A stretch of DNA of 64,000 nucleotides from a virus (taxonomy: Duplodnaviria; Caudoviricetes): the IMG/VR virus record IMGVR_UViG_3300033066_001054. One strand, 5' to 3'. Position 1 is the first letter of the stretch. The number at the start of each line of letters is the position of its first letter. The position numbers and the translations under genes were made by a program. Under the pieces are notes generated by a model. It saw only the letters and a list, made by a program, of their open reading frames with translations. It was not told where the DNA came from and made no database searches. This document shows positions 1-10,479 of this stretch, piece by piece.

Positions 1-2
1 AC

Positions 3-674
3 CTGCTGGACTACTTTGCTGAAAGATATAAACAAGAGCTTGGAAAGCAATACCGAAAGGCTTTTCAGGCCGACCAACATGTCTTTCACCAGGTCACTGC
101 ATTTATGTCTTCAAACGGCTTAGACAAAATGGAATGGTCTAAGAAATTGGTCGACTGGGGTTTTGACAACCTAGAGCGCGTTATTCTGCATCAGAAGCAC
201 ATTTCTCCGCAATCGCTTTTGCGCATGGTGAACTACTTCATGCAAGAAGAGGTTATGCCATTGGTCGAAGACGAGAAGATTGAGCGAGACAAATATGACG
301 AGTCGCTGATTGATGAAATCAATGCGGCCGTTGAGGCTGGCAAGCGAATGGAAATCTTCAGCCGGCATGGCATCCCTGTTGGCATAACATATCTTGTAAA
401 CTGCAAGAAATACGACGAAGAGCAAACCGTTGAGTCATTCTCGAAGTTCCTGAAAGATTTGCAAAAGACCGAAGAGGGCAGAGTGAGAATCAGGCGCATG
501 ATTATGGCGTCAATTCTTGGCTCGCCATACCCAAAGGAGTTTCGATTACTAGATTGGCGCAAGCATTTTTCGTTTGTGTGCGATGCGTTCTATGCAGAAT
601 CGTGGTGGAGAGACATTGACTACAGCGGCAAGCCGATGAGCAAGTATTATGCGCTGCTCGAGGAGAACGAATGA
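3..674 (+). CDS. hypothetical protein, 5'-truncated by the window edge
   Basis: Frame is open from position 3 (LLDYFAERYKQ...) through the 105..674 ORF; ATGA overlap with the next gene. Confidence 0.7.
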   Translation: MLDYFAERYKQELGKQYRKAFQADQHVFHQVTAFMSSNGLDKMEWSKKLVDWGFDNLERVILHQKHISPQSLLRMVNYFMQEEVMPLVEDEKIERDKYDESLIDEINAAVEAGKRMEIFSRHGIPVGITYLVNCKKYDEEQTVESFSKFLKDLQKTEEGRVRIRRMIMASILGSPYPKEFRLLDWRKHFSFVCDAFYAESWWRDIDYSGKPMSKYYALLEENE

Positions 675-2296
675 GCCTTCATCAAGACGCGCAACACGAA
701 TTGGATTGTCAAATTTGTAGCAATCGACCTTTGATTTATGTTTGCACATACGAAGAGCAGCGTGTGGTTGACGCAATCAGAGAGGTCTGCACCTCCAGGT
801 CAGACTCAAAGAATTGGAATCTTGTTAGCTGGGACCTTGGGGCTCAGCTAAATGTCATTGCCGGAGATATTGCGTTGCCGAACGGCGGTGTACCAGACCA
901 ACTGTCGGTGCTCCAGTGGTTCAATGAATTAGACAGCACACAAACCTATACAGTTCTGATACTCAAGGACTTTCACAAGTTAATGGGCGCAGATGGACAC
1001 CCTGGCCAGGCCGAATATCGCGTTATACGATTGTTGAGAAACATGGTGCAGAGCATGATTGGTGAATACAAATGTATCGTTATCATGGCACCGGCTCTGT
1101 TCTTACCAAAAGAGCTTGAGCGAACTTGCGCTGTAATTGATTGGCCATTGCCAGAAGAAGAAGACATCAAAGATAAAGTTACTAATCTACTGAGTGCTGC
1201 AGGCGAAAAGCCAGAGATTGCATCTAGGTTCAAAACCGAGTACACCAACGAAGGCATGCAAGAGTCAGTACATGCATTCAAGGGCTTAACCCTTGAGCAA
1301 ATTCAACTGCTCTCAACATACTTGATGCTGACAACAGACGAACTGAATGCGACAAATATCTCTAGCCACAAGCGTGATGCAATACGCAAATCAACAGCAC
1401 TAGAATGGATTCCCACCAACGAAAACATGGACGCCATAGGCGGTATGAAAGGCATCAAAGAGTGGCTTAATCGGCGCAAAGAGGCATTCGGAGACGAAGC
1501 ACGACAATATGGTCTTCCGTATCCAAAAGGCGCATTACTGGTTGGAATTCAGGGTTGTGGAAAGAGTTCACTCGCCAAGGCTGTTGCAACCACGTTCAAG
1601 CAACCATTATTGAGGCTTGACTTTGGTCGCCTTTACAACAGCCTTCTCGGTTCTACAGAAGAGAACGTTCGTAATGCGATTAAGATTGCAGAATCTATCG
1701 CGCCTTGTGTTTTATGGGCAGACGAATTGGAAAAGGGTGTATCTGGCGCATCACACGGTATTAGTGACGGTGGCACAAGTTCGCGTGTTTTTGCAACATT
1801 TTTGACCTGGATGCAAGAAAAAACTGCGCCAGTGTTTCTTGTTGCCACAGCTAATGATGTGTCACAATTACCACCAGAAATGTTGCGCAAGGGGCGTTTC
1901 GATGAAATCTTCTTTGTGGACTTGCCGGATGTTAATGAGCGCGAAGAGATATTCAAGATTCATCTTCGACGGGCGGGAGTTTCGCTAGAAGACCTGGATA
2001 AGTCAGAACTGCTCGGTACCACAGAGGGCTTCACTGGTGCCGAAATTGAAGCGGTGATTATTGAGGCGATGCACGATGCGTTTCTTGACGGTCAACGAAA
2101 GGTGCAAACCAATGACCTGTTATTGGCCGCATCAGAAACTGTACCATTGTCTCAAACCATGAATGAGCGCATTACAGCCTTGAGAAATTGGGCGCAAACC
2201 AGAGCGCGTGCCGCCAATAGCGTGCGCAATACCAAATCTCGTGGTAAACTACAGAATGCCCCCATTGTGGTTATGGACGAAGACGATGAGTTGTGA
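671..2296 (+). CDS. AAA+ ATPase, Ycf46-like family
   Basis: Walker A GIQGCGKS, Walker B VLWADE, sensor ATAN, SRH LPPEMLRKGRFDEIFFVDLP; degenerate N-terminal AAA-like domain (ILKDFH). Confidence 0.88.
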   Translation: MSLHQDAQHELDCQICSNRPLIYVCTYEEQRVVDAIREVCTSRSDSKNWNLVSWDLGAQLNVIAGDIALPNGGVPDQLSVLQWFNELDSTQTYTVLILKDFHKLMGADGHPGQAEYRVIRLLRNMVQSMIGEYKCIVIMAPALFLPKELERTCAVIDWPLPEEEDIKDKVTNLLSAAGEKPEIASRFKTEYTNEGMQESVHAFKGLTLEQIQLLSTYLMLTTDELNATNISSHKRDAIRKSTALEWIPTNENMDAIGGMKGIKEWLNRRKEAFGDEARQYGLPYPKGALLVGIQGCGKSSLAKAVATTFKQPLLRLDFGRLYNSLLGSTEENVRNAIKIAESIAPCVLWADELEKGVSGASHGISDGGTSSRVFATFLTWMQEKTAPVFLVATANDVSQLPPEMLRKGRFDEIFFVDLPDVNEREEIFKIHLRRAGVSLEDLDKSELLGTTEGFTGAEIEAVIIEAMHDAFLDGQRKVQTNDLLLAASETVPLSQTMNERITALRNWAQTRARAANSVRNTKSRGKLQNAPIVVMDEDDEL

Positions 2297-2304
2297 GGTC
2301 AAAC

Positions 2305-3048
2305 ATGAGTGACGGATTAGACGGTTGGTTGTCAGAAGATATCGACATATCTCGCAGTAGGGTACAAGCACGTCCCGAAGCAGACCCTGATATGTCAGAA
2401 CGATGGCATCGTGACAGATACAAAGAGTGCCACCTCCCGGCAGAATTTTGGAACCTCACTCTGGACGACAACTGGATTTCCAAGCAAGATGTGCGTGGTC
2501 ATGACCTAACACCCCAACAGGCACGCAAGAAGCAGTTTGCTGTTGACTTTGTCAGAAAGTACATCAGTGTCATCGCATACGTTTGTCGTGGCAAGGTGCT
2601 GAAAATGCAAACCAGGGACGCACAACGCTCTCAAGGGTTTCATTCTGTGATAGTCGTTGGTGGTAGCAGCAGTGGCAAGAGTTTTCTTGCGGCCGAGATT
2701 GCCAAGGCCGCGATATTGCGCGGAGAAGATGTGCGATGGTATGACTATTGCGCACTAAGCAACTTGATGTTGAGTCGCAGCTATTCTGTTGAAGAAGAAC
2801 AACATCAAACGATTAAAGAATTCGAGTCAATGGCATTGATTGTGATTGATGCCGTAGAAACAGACAAGATTGATGACAAGGGGCGTTTGGCACTAAAAGC
2901 ACTGGCTCGGGCTCGGCGCAGTTCTGGTCTACCTTGGATTATCACATGCAAGCACGACGTATTGCAGGCTAACGACCACCCATTGTCAGAACTCATCAAT
3001 TCGCAATACGCGAAGCGATTGGTATTACCGACCAGCAATATCGCATAG
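2305..3048 (+). CDS. DnaC/IstB-like helicase loader ATPase
   Basis: P-loop GGSSSGKS, Walker B LIVIDA, IITC motif; directly upstream of dnaB; ATG 2305 preferred over GTG 2293. Confidence 0.65.
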   Translation: MSDGLDGWLSEDIDISRSRVQARPEADPDMSERWHRDRYKECHLPAEFWNLTLDDNWISKQDVRGHDLTPQQARKKQFAVDFVRKYISVIAYVCRGKVLKMQTRDAQRSQGFHSVIVVGGSSSGKSFLAAEIAKAAILRGEDVRWYDYCALSNLMLSRSYSVEEEQHQTIKEFESMALIVIDAVETDKIDDKGRLALKALARARRSSGLPWIITCKHDVLQANDHPLSELINSQYAKRLVLPTSNIA

Positions 3049-3077
3049 GACGATGCGATAACTAACATTGAGTCATT

Positions 3078-4676
3078 ATGGAACAAGGCAAATTAGAGAA
3101 AGAGTTTTTGTGTCAGCTTCTGAGTAGTTCAGAGGCGATGATTCGTGCGCAGTCTGCCAATGTTTCCAGCGAGTGGTTCACGTATGCAGAAGAGAACGAA
3201 GACCGGTCATATACCCAGGTTTTGTTCTTGTTGGCAGAAGAGTATTTCAAAGAAAGCGACGGGCTTTTGCTCACACTGAAGAATCTTGGAGAGAAAGCGG
3301 CCAAACACGGACTAAAAGAGAGTGTCAAGCGAAAGCTGTTTGCGCTTTTTGGCGAAGTCAAAGAGATTGACACTGACGAAAATGACTTTCACCTATTGCT
3401 CACAGAACTGAAAGAGCGATTGATGATGCGCATGTATGGCAGTGCCATTACAAAGGCGCACGAAACCATGACAGAGTCTGGTGTAGTAGATGCCAGAACC
3501 ATACTCCGAGAGCACTTAGACCGCATGGACGAGGTGGACAACGAGGGTTACTTAGGCATCACCGAAATCAATATCGCAGAGTCTTCTGAATTCTTCAAAG
3601 AAGAAATCAAGCGAAAGCGAGAAATGGGTGATGACGAGGGCATCTTCTGCGGAATGCACGAGATTGACGATATAACTCAGGGCTGGCGGCCTGGTCAATT
3701 CGTGGTCACAGTTGCGCGTTCGTCTGGTGGTAAGTCGATTCTATTGTTGAACTGGAGCGCACACGCACACTTGGTTCAGGGCAAAAACGTTCTGTATTTC
3801 TCGCTTGAAATGCCGGCTTGGCAGTGCTATCTCAGGCACCTTTCATATCTCACAAGGCCAAGCAACGAAGCAATAGAAGACGGTATCACACACAAGCAAC
3901 TCAAGTCAGCCAAGATTACTGATGCACAGATTGATGGTATTGCAGACAAGCTACAAAAGTTGTCTGGTGGTGCGTACTTCCTATATGCCGACATCATGGC
4001 AGAACCAACCGCAGCCGCAATTGAAAGAAAGATTCGAATGGTGACTCGAGAAATGGGTCGACCGGACTTGATTGTTGTGGACTATGTTGGTAAGATGACG
4101 TCCAACGATGTTCGCAGGAACGCGGCTTTGTGGGAGAGGTCTGCACATGCCGGTGTTGAACTTGACCGAATTGCTAAGAAATACCAAATTGCAATCCTTA
4201 CCGCAGCGCAGCTAAGTAAATCTAGTATCGGAGAGCACAGAAAGCAGAAACAAGAGGGCAAATCTGCGCTTGTTTCAATGGACCAGGACATGGTTGCTGG
4301 TTCACACCAATTGGTTTCAGATGCCTCGTATGTATTTGGATTCGACTCAAACCGAGAAGCAAGCACTATGACGTTCTTCTCTCTGAAGATGCGCGAAGGC
4401 GGCTGGTTGGTTCCGTTCCAGGCAAAGGTAAAACCAGAGTACAACTATATCTGTGACCCAACTCACGCAGAAATTCTTGACTTTAGAGAAACCAATGGGT
4501 TGTTCACTGGGCTTGCATCGCCAGATGCCGCCGCGGCCGGCGCACACAGCGATTATTCAGCAGAACCATATGTCAAACGCAATGATGACAATACGATTAC
4601 TGTTGGGGCGCCTGGTGGCAAACAGGACTTTACCGAAGATGACCTGATATTCCCATTTGGTGATGATGAGATATGA
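3078..4676 (+). CDS. dnaB: replicative DNA helicase DnaB
   Basis: SF4 motifs: H1 ARSSGGKS, H1a FSLEMP, H2 LIVVDY, H3 TAAQLS, K-x-R (KMREG). Confidence 0.92.
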   Translation: MEQGKLEKEFLCQLLSSSEAMIRAQSANVSSEWFTYAEENEDRSYTQVLFLLAEEYFKESDGLLLTLKNLGEKAAKHGLKESVKRKLFALFGEVKEIDTDENDFHLLLTELKERLMMRMYGSAITKAHETMTESGVVDARTILREHLDRMDEVDNEGYLGITEINIAESSEFFKEEIKRKREMGDDEGIFCGMHEIDDITQGWRPGQFVVTVARSSGGKSILLLNWSAHAHLVQGKNVLYFSLEMPAWQCYLRHLSYLTRPSNEAIEDGITHKQLKSAKITDAQIDGIADKLQKLSGGAYFLYADIMAEPTAAAIERKIRMVTREMGRPDLIVVDYVGKMTSNDVRRNAALWERSAHAGVELDRIAKKYQIAILTAAQLSKSSIGEHRKQKQEGKSALVSMDQDMVAGSHQLVSDASYVFGFDSNREASTMTFFSLKMREGGWLVPFQAKVKPEYNYICDPTHAEILDFRETNGLFTGLASPDAAAAGAHSDYSAEPYVKRNDDNTITVGAPGGKQDFTEDDLIFPFGDDEI

Positions 4677-5296
4677 CGGAAACACAAAGACTCATACTCT
4701 CAGACCTTAAGACAGAGATACTGTCGAGCATCAATATGGTTGAGTATATCGAAGATGAGTACGGTGTATACATGGAGCCGTCTTCAAATGGCTGGTATCA
4801 AACCAACTGCTTGATGCCCAAGCACAGAGACAACAATCCGAGTTTTGGCGTCAATCCAGACATAGGAAAGTTTAAGTGCCTGAGTTGCGGCAGCAAGGGT
4901 GATTTGATTGAATTAGTTCGAGCGGTTGAAGGCTTGTCGTTTTTTGAGGCACTACAGCGATTGGCAGAATACGCAGGCATCGCATTAGACCAGAGCACCG
5001 ATGCCCAACTCAACAGGGTAGTTCGCCAAATTACCAGAGATGTCAATGGGTATTTGACAGGAAGCCCGGATGCGATGTACCCAGCACAGATGAGCGAACC
5101 CGCATTTATGTGCGCGGTAGCCGCAAGACTTCGTAGATACGAAACAGAAACCCATGACACAACATGGGTAGATGAAAAGTATTCACAGCTTGACGCCATG
5201 ATAGAAGAACTGGACTATAATGGCTGTGAGAAGTTTTGGAATAGACTCAGTGACGACATTAAACTGCGCAAGCGAGAGCTGGCACAAGGAGCATAA
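4673..5296 (+). CDS. stand-alone primase CHC2 zinc-binding domain protein (N-terminal part of a split DnaG)
   Basis: CLMPKHRDNNPSFGVNPDIGKFKCLSCGSKGDLIELVRAVEGLSFFEALQRLA matches the DnaG zinc-binding domain; no Toprim domain. Confidence 0.85.
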   Translation: MTETQRLILSDLKTEILSSINMVEYIEDEYGVYMEPSSNGWYQTNCLMPKHRDNNPSFGVNPDIGKFKCLSCGSKGDLIELVRAVEGLSFFEALQRLAEYAGIALDQSTDAQLNRVVRQITRDVNGYLTGSPDAMYPAQMSEPAFMCAVAARLRRYETETHDTTWVDEKYSQLDAMIEELDYNGCEKFWNRLSDDIKLRKRELAQGA

Positions 5297-5302
5297 TAAC
5301 AC

Positions 5303-5554
5303 ATGGACGACAAGATTCAAACATCACTCAGGCAGGGCGCAGGCATTGTCGCTCAACAGATGTCTCAAGCATTCAACGAAACCGAAGATTTCGAATTCAA
5401 GGTAAATCTCAACGGAGAACTTGCAAAGCGCGTGGCTGCGTTGTGCAAGATGATGGAAGTCGCATATGGCACACCAGTGGAAGAGGTGTGCGAGTACATC
5501 GTTTCGGTTGGGGTTCAGAACATTCGACAAGGCACAGAACAAACCCAAGAATGA
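5303..5554 (+). CDS. hypothetical protein
   Basis: 83-aa ORF with upstream AGGAG, tightly packed between genes, ATGA overlap downstream. Confidence 0.65.
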   Translation: MDDKIQTSLRQGAGIVAQQMSQAFNETEDFEFKVNLNGELAKRVAALCKMMEVAYGTPVEEVCEYIVSVGVQNIRQGTEQTQE

Positions 5555-6315
5555 ACAAGCATTGGCCTGTTGTTATCTATCCAGAGGTCGCGGCATCTGC
5601 ACTAAAGGCTAAAGTGCATGCTGCGTATGCGGTGTTTGTAATTGTCAAAGTTTATGACTCGCGCCGAGGTGGCTCGGGGCTTGTCGCTATCAACGAACTT
5701 GTAGAGATAGCACAGAAAACCCTTGGTGTTAGTAAAAGCCAGGCATACCGGGTTATTTCAAGTGGAGTTGGTGTTTTTTGGAGGGAACCAAGGCACAAAA
5801 CTGTTGGACTGTTTTCTCATCTCAGGGCATATTACAATCTTGGCATTGAAATGTTTTCGTCCAAACCAGTTCGGCTCACTGTAGCACAGATTGGATACGA
5901 TTCAGACAATTACAGCGGCTCTTACATTAAGGATTTGATGGTGGGTTGCGTGGCTTCTTGGGATAGTGGTGGTTCAGCGATTGCAGTTGAAACCATTGCC
6001 GAGCTTACTGGTGTTTCAACCAGAACAGTTCGCCGGCAAATCAAGTATATGTCATGTCGTCCTAATGGAATTGTCCTTGATGTTTCAACATGCTACAAGG
6101 TAAAGTGCGATAATATCAATCAGATAGAGGCCAATGCGCGTGTTCAGCAATTGAACTCGAATGGCATGGTCAAATATCATTCGGCTCCAAAAGACGGTCA
6201 GTACGCGATACTGGAAAGGGTTGGAAACATATACAACCTGGCTGGTGTAGAGAGACTGGGAAGAAAGCGCAGGCATAGGCACTTGAAGCATGTGTCAAAC
6301 TGGAGAAGAGATTAA
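5551..6315 (+). CDS. helix-turn-helix DNA-binding protein
   Basis: Two HTH-like segments (LGVSKSQAYRVI; VETIAELTGVSTRTVRRQI); start ATG 5551 overlaps the previous stop. Confidence 0.6.
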   Translation: MNKHWPVVIYPEVAASALKAKVHAAYAVFVIVKVYDSRRGGSGLVAINELVEIAQKTLGVSKSQAYRVISSGVGVFWREPRHKTVGLFSHLRAYYNLGIEMFSSKPVRLTVAQIGYDSDNYSGSYIKDLMVGCVASWDSGGSAIAVETIAELTGVSTRTVRRQIKYMSCRPNGIVLDVSTCYKVKCDNINQIEANARVQQLNSNGMVKYHSAPKDGQYAILERVGNIYNLAGVERLGRKRRHRHLKHVSNWRRD

Positions 6316-6316
6316 C

Positions 6317-9300
6317 ATGTGTAATAGCAAACAGAATTTCGTACACCTGCACAACCACACTTGGTATTCAGTCCAAGACGCATTGCCGTCACCAACCGAC
6401 CTTGCTATGACTGCCAGAAAAGAGGGCTTTCCAGCAGTGGCTATCACAGACCACGGCCGAATGGGCGGGTGTATTGAGTTTTTTGAGGCATGCAACAAGC
6501 CGATTGACGGCCTTGACCCAATTAAGCCAATTCTTGGCTGTGAGATGTACGTTGTTCCAGACCGCTTTGACAAAGACATGGTCGTGTACGAATACGGCAA
6601 CAAGCGACGGAGAAAGACATGGCACTTGACCATGTTGGCTAAGAACCAAACTGGATACCGCAATCTGCTGGCACTAAGTCGCCTCGGAGCAGAACAGGAC
6701 GCATATCACTACTTCCCACGTATTGACTGGGATGTGATTACAAAGCACAGCGAAGGCGTCATATGTTTAAGTGGGTGCTTGGGTTCCGAGGTTAATCAAC
6801 AGTTGTCTAGAGAAGACGTTGACGGCGCAAGAGAAACCATGCGTCGATACAAAGAGGTCTTTGGTGAAGACTATTATGGTGAGTTGCAATACCATGGTAT
6901 TGATTTACAAAAGCACAACTTGCCATTGTTACTTGACTTATGCAAAGAACTAGACATTAAGACTGCGTGTTCTAATGACATCCACTATCTACAGAAAGAA
7001 CAGTGGGAGCTGCATGACGTTCTGATTCACATGCGCGAATCACTTACCAAGGATAGTGCAGAGGTAAAAGAGAGCGGCAAGCGCGAAGCATACGGCAGCC
7101 ACGAGTTCTACATGAAAACAGAAGCGCAAATGCGCAAGATGTTCGGTAAGGTCGAAGAGTGTGTCGACAACACTCTGGAAATCGCAGACAAGGTCGAGAA
7201 TTTCATGAAGGTCAATGTGCCACACATGTTGCCCAGTGCAGAGATTCCAACCAATGACCAGATGTTCAATGATTTCAAGTCAAAGCACTATCCATATCAC
7301 AAACCAAACGAAGCATACCTTGCCTATTTGGCTATTACTGGACTAAAAGCACTTGGTCTAGTAGACAATCCTGTTTACAAGGCCAGACTGAAGTATGAAT
7401 TAACTACAGTATGGAACATGGGTGTAACAGACTACTTCTTGATTCAGCGCGAGCTGGCTGAATTTATGAAGCAAGCGCATATTCGATTTGGTATTCGTGG
7501 TTCTGGAGTCGCCAGTTTAATCAATTACTGTCTTGGAATCAGTGACATTGACCCGGTGCGATGGAATCTGATGTTTGAGCGATTTTTGAACCCAGGTCGT
7601 GGCACCAAATACAAGCTGGAGTTCCCAGAGAAGCCAGCCAAAGAATGGTTTGACGAACATGGAAAACAGCCCCAGCAAGAAGCGTGTGAGCGGATTAAAA
7701 CCGTTGCAAAGCAAGCGATATCCGAAGACGCCGGCCTCAAGCCACTGCAACCGCAGATTCAAAAGGAAATCTGGGCACTAGAGGGTCAAAAACTTGCTTC
7801 ATATATCTGTGACTTGGCAGACTCGGGATTCAAAACCGACAAAAACGCCCCAAATCTCTGGAGTGCATACTTCTTGGGTATAACGCCAGAGAAGCCAAAG
7901 GGTGATATGGTTGTTGGTCAGGTCGCGACGCTACCAGACGTTGACACCGATATTGACGACCGATATCGAGACACTGCTATTGAGTGGGCAAGAAGAAGGT
8001 TCGGAGATGAGCATGTAGCAATCGTTGGCAACTGGGGCACATACGCAATCAAGGCCGCTGTTACTGCTTGTTTGAAGAGCTCCAAGAAGTTCCAACAACG
8101 ATATGGTGAAAAGTCTCATATTGTTGCGCAATCAATCTCAAAGTCTATTGCGGTTCAGCCGGCACACACAGAAGACCCTGAGGAACCGCTGGAGTTTGCA
8201 CTCAAACAAAATCCAGACTTGCAACAGTATGTTAAACAGTTCCCAGACGAGTTTGATGCCGCACGCAAGTTGATTGGCGTAGTGTCAAATCTTGGTGTTC
8301 ATGCCTCTGCCGTTGTTATTGCCAGCGAGCCAATCAATTGGCACACGCCTCTCGAGCGCTCAAACAAAGGCATGGTCACAGCATATGACATGAACGATGT
8401 TGAAAAGATAGGGATGGTCAAATATGACTTTCTCGGTCTGGCCATGCACCAAAAGATTGAACGTGCTCTGAAGTATATCAAGGAGCGCCATGGCAAAGAG
8501 ATTGACTTGCGTAACATTCCAATGGACGACAAGAAGGTCTTGAATCTATTCAATGAAAAAAAGACCACAACGCTGTTCCAGTTTGGAAGCGATGGTATGA
8601 AGGATTCTTTGAGCAAGGTGCAAGTTAGTGATGTCGAAGACCTGATTGCTGTTGTGTCTTTGTTCAGACCAGGCCCGCTTCAGTTCATTCCCGACTACGC
8701 ATCATACAAGCGAAACCCTAACACTGTACGTTATCCACATGAAATCATCAAGCGACACCTTGGTGTTACATATGGCATCCCGGTGTACCAGGAACAGGTC
8801 ATGCTTGTCTGTAGAGACATGGCTAACTTCGACCACGATGAGGTCGACAGCATGCGCAAAGCTGTGTCAAAGAAGAATCCTGTAGCTTTTGAGAAATGCT
8901 GTAAACTCTTCAAAGACAAAGCAACTAAGGCTGGCATTGACGGTAAAGTCGTTGACATGACGCTGGAAAGCTGGAAAGGATTTGCTGGATACGCTTTTAA
9001 CCGAGCGCATGCCGCATCATATGCTATTTTGGCTTACCGTGGTGCTTACTTGAGAGCGTACTACCCGGTTGAATGGCTTGCGGCGTGTATTCAGACAGAC
9101 ATTACAGGCAACAAACAAGACAGGGTTGGTGACCACATTCACGAGTGTGATTCAGAGCGGCCGCGAATTGTGGTGTCCGGACCAGATGTCAATACATCCA
9201 AACTTGAAGTGTCCATTACTGAAAAGGATATCATAGTGTTGCCACTTACGTATATTAAGGGCATTGGTGCCAATGGGTGTGAATTCATGGATGGCGCTCC

Positions 9301-9616
9301 GTATGCAGACATCAAGGATTTCATCATACGCGGCGAACCATCAAGGACGATGCTTCGAAACCTGGCTGAAGCCGGCGCACTTAGAAGTTTGCCTGATTAC
9401 AAGGGCGGCGACATTGACAGATTCATGGAGCGCGTTGAACCATACTATGCAGAACTCGACAGTATAAAACGAGAGGCAAAGAAGGCTGAGAAACAGCGAT
9501 ATACTTCAATGTCACCGTTGCAAAAGACAAGCACTGCGACTGCGCGACCTGTTCGTCCTGCCGGTAAGCCGTTTAGGCCAAAATCCAAGCCGTCAATCTT
9601 GGATAGTTTTGAGTGA
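6317..9616 (+). CDS. dnaE: DNA polymerase III alpha subunit (C family)
   Basis: PHP motifs HLHNHT, AITDHG, GCEMY, SNDIHY; RGSG, FERFLNP, catalytic PDVDTD, KYDFLGL, YAFNRAHAASY. Confidence 0.96.
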   Translation: MCNSKQNFVHLHNHTWYSVQDALPSPTDLAMTARKEGFPAVAITDHGRMGGCIEFFEACNKPIDGLDPIKPILGCEMYVVPDRFDKDMVVYEYGNKRRRKTWHLTMLAKNQTGYRNLLALSRLGAEQDAYHYFPRIDWDVITKHSEGVICLSGCLGSEVNQQLSREDVDGARETMRRYKEVFGEDYYGELQYHGIDLQKHNLPLLLDLCKELDIKTACSNDIHYLQKEQWELHDVLIHMRESLTKDSAEVKESGKREAYGSHEFYMKTEAQMRKMFGKVEECVDNTLEIADKVENFMKVNVPHMLPSAEIPTNDQMFNDFKSKHYPYHKPNEAYLAYLAITGLKALGLVDNPVYKARLKYELTTVWNMGVTDYFLIQRELAEFMKQAHIRFGIRGSGVASLINYCLGISDIDPVRWNLMFERFLNPGRGTKYKLEFPEKPAKEWFDEHGKQPQQEACERIKTVAKQAISEDAGLKPLQPQIQKEIWALEGQKLASYICDLADSGFKTDKNAPNLWSAYFLGITPEKPKGDMVVGQVATLPDVDTDIDDRYRDTAIEWARRRFGDEHVAIVGNWGTYAIKAAVTACLKSSKKFQQRYGEKSHIVAQSISKSIAVQPAHTEDPEEPLEFALKQNPDLQQYVKQFPDEFDAARKLIGVVSNLGVHASAVVIASEPINWHTPLERSNKGMVTAYDMNDVEKIGMVKYDFLGLAMHQKIERALKYIKERHGKEIDLRNIPMDDKKVLNLFNEKKTTTLFQFGSDGMKDSLSKVQVSDVEDLIAVVSLFRPGPLQFIPDYASYKRNPNTVRYPHEIIKRHLGVTYGIPVYQEQVMLVCRDMANFDHDEVDSMRKAVSKKNPVAFEKCCKLFKDKATKAGIDGKVVDMTLESWKGFAGYAFNRAHAASYAILAYRGAYLRAYYPVEWLAACIQTDITGNKQDRVGDHIHECDSERPRIVVSGPDVNTSKLEVSITEKDIIVLPLTYIKGIGANGCEFMDGAPYADIKDFIIRGEPSRTMLRNLAEAGALRSLPDYKGGDIDRFMERVEPYYAELDSIKREAKKAEKQRYTSMSPLQKTSTATARPVRPAGKPFRPKSKPSILDSFE

Positions 9617-9620
9617 TATT

Positions 9621-10298
9621 ATGAGCGAATCAGAAACCGAAGTCGTTATTGAAGTTGAAATCCCACAAGATTTCAAATCGTTGATTCATGTAGATTCAAC
9701 AGCTCTTATAGCCCACATCATGAGCCTGGATGGAGTTCACGACTTCAACGAAGAGTTTATGATGTGGCAAGAGTATTTGTCTCGTTTGGAACAATATGAC
9801 GACGATACAATTAGTGAAAAGCTACGGGACGTAGACCTTACCAATCTAATGCCGCCAGAACGAAGCAATAGCGCAGAAAACGCATATCAGGCATATTACC
9901 GCCTTGTTGAAACCCAGAGATACCTTTACAGTCTTCAAAAACCGGTGTCAAACAGGGTTGAAATGCTCAAAGACGCCATCAAATCATTAAGGTCTGCTGC
10001 GCGTGGAATGTTTAAGGGTACAGATAAAGACAAAGAAGCCCATTCCGACAGAATGGTGCGCAATTTCACAGCCGAACTTAGCAGAGCAAAGTGCCTGCTT
10101 GGTTCAATCAATGCATCTATTGAGACTGTTGAGTTTGCGGCCATGCAGGCTTCCAGAGTTATCAAGGAAAAAGAGTTTGAACTCAAGGTTAACGGCTCGT
10201 ATACTTCGCAGGGCCAGTCAAGCATCTACAACAGGCATTTACAAGCTGAAGAAGAAGATGATGACAGCCCAGTTCCATCAAAATATCGCAGACAATAG
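9621..10298 (+). CDS. helical/coiled-coil protein, possible recombination mediator
   Basis: Helical ORF directly upstream of ssb-recA; function inferred from position only. Confidence 0.45.
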   Translation: MSESETEVVIEVEIPQDFKSLIHVDSTALIAHIMSLDGVHDFNEEFMMWQEYLSRLEQYDDDTISEKLRDVDLTNLMPPERSNSAENAYQAYYRLVETQRYLYSLQKPVSNRVEMLKDAIKSLRSAARGMFKGTDKDKEAHSDRMVRNFTAELSRAKCLLGSINASIETVEFAAMQASRVIKEKEFELKVNGSYTSQGQSSIYNRHLQAEEEDDDSPVPSKYRRQ

Positions 10299-10479
10299 TG
10301 AATTTCCTGGCACGATGTGCGATAAGTAGATTGTAGGCGAAAAAAGTCTACAAAGTCGGCAAGTCGAAGGGATTTCTTCGGAAAATCTTGTATAAGACTA
10401 ACGGCACGAAATAGACAGACGAGGAAATGCGGATGAATTCCAAAAGCCATTTCCACACTGCACATAGCCAGGAGAAAAC

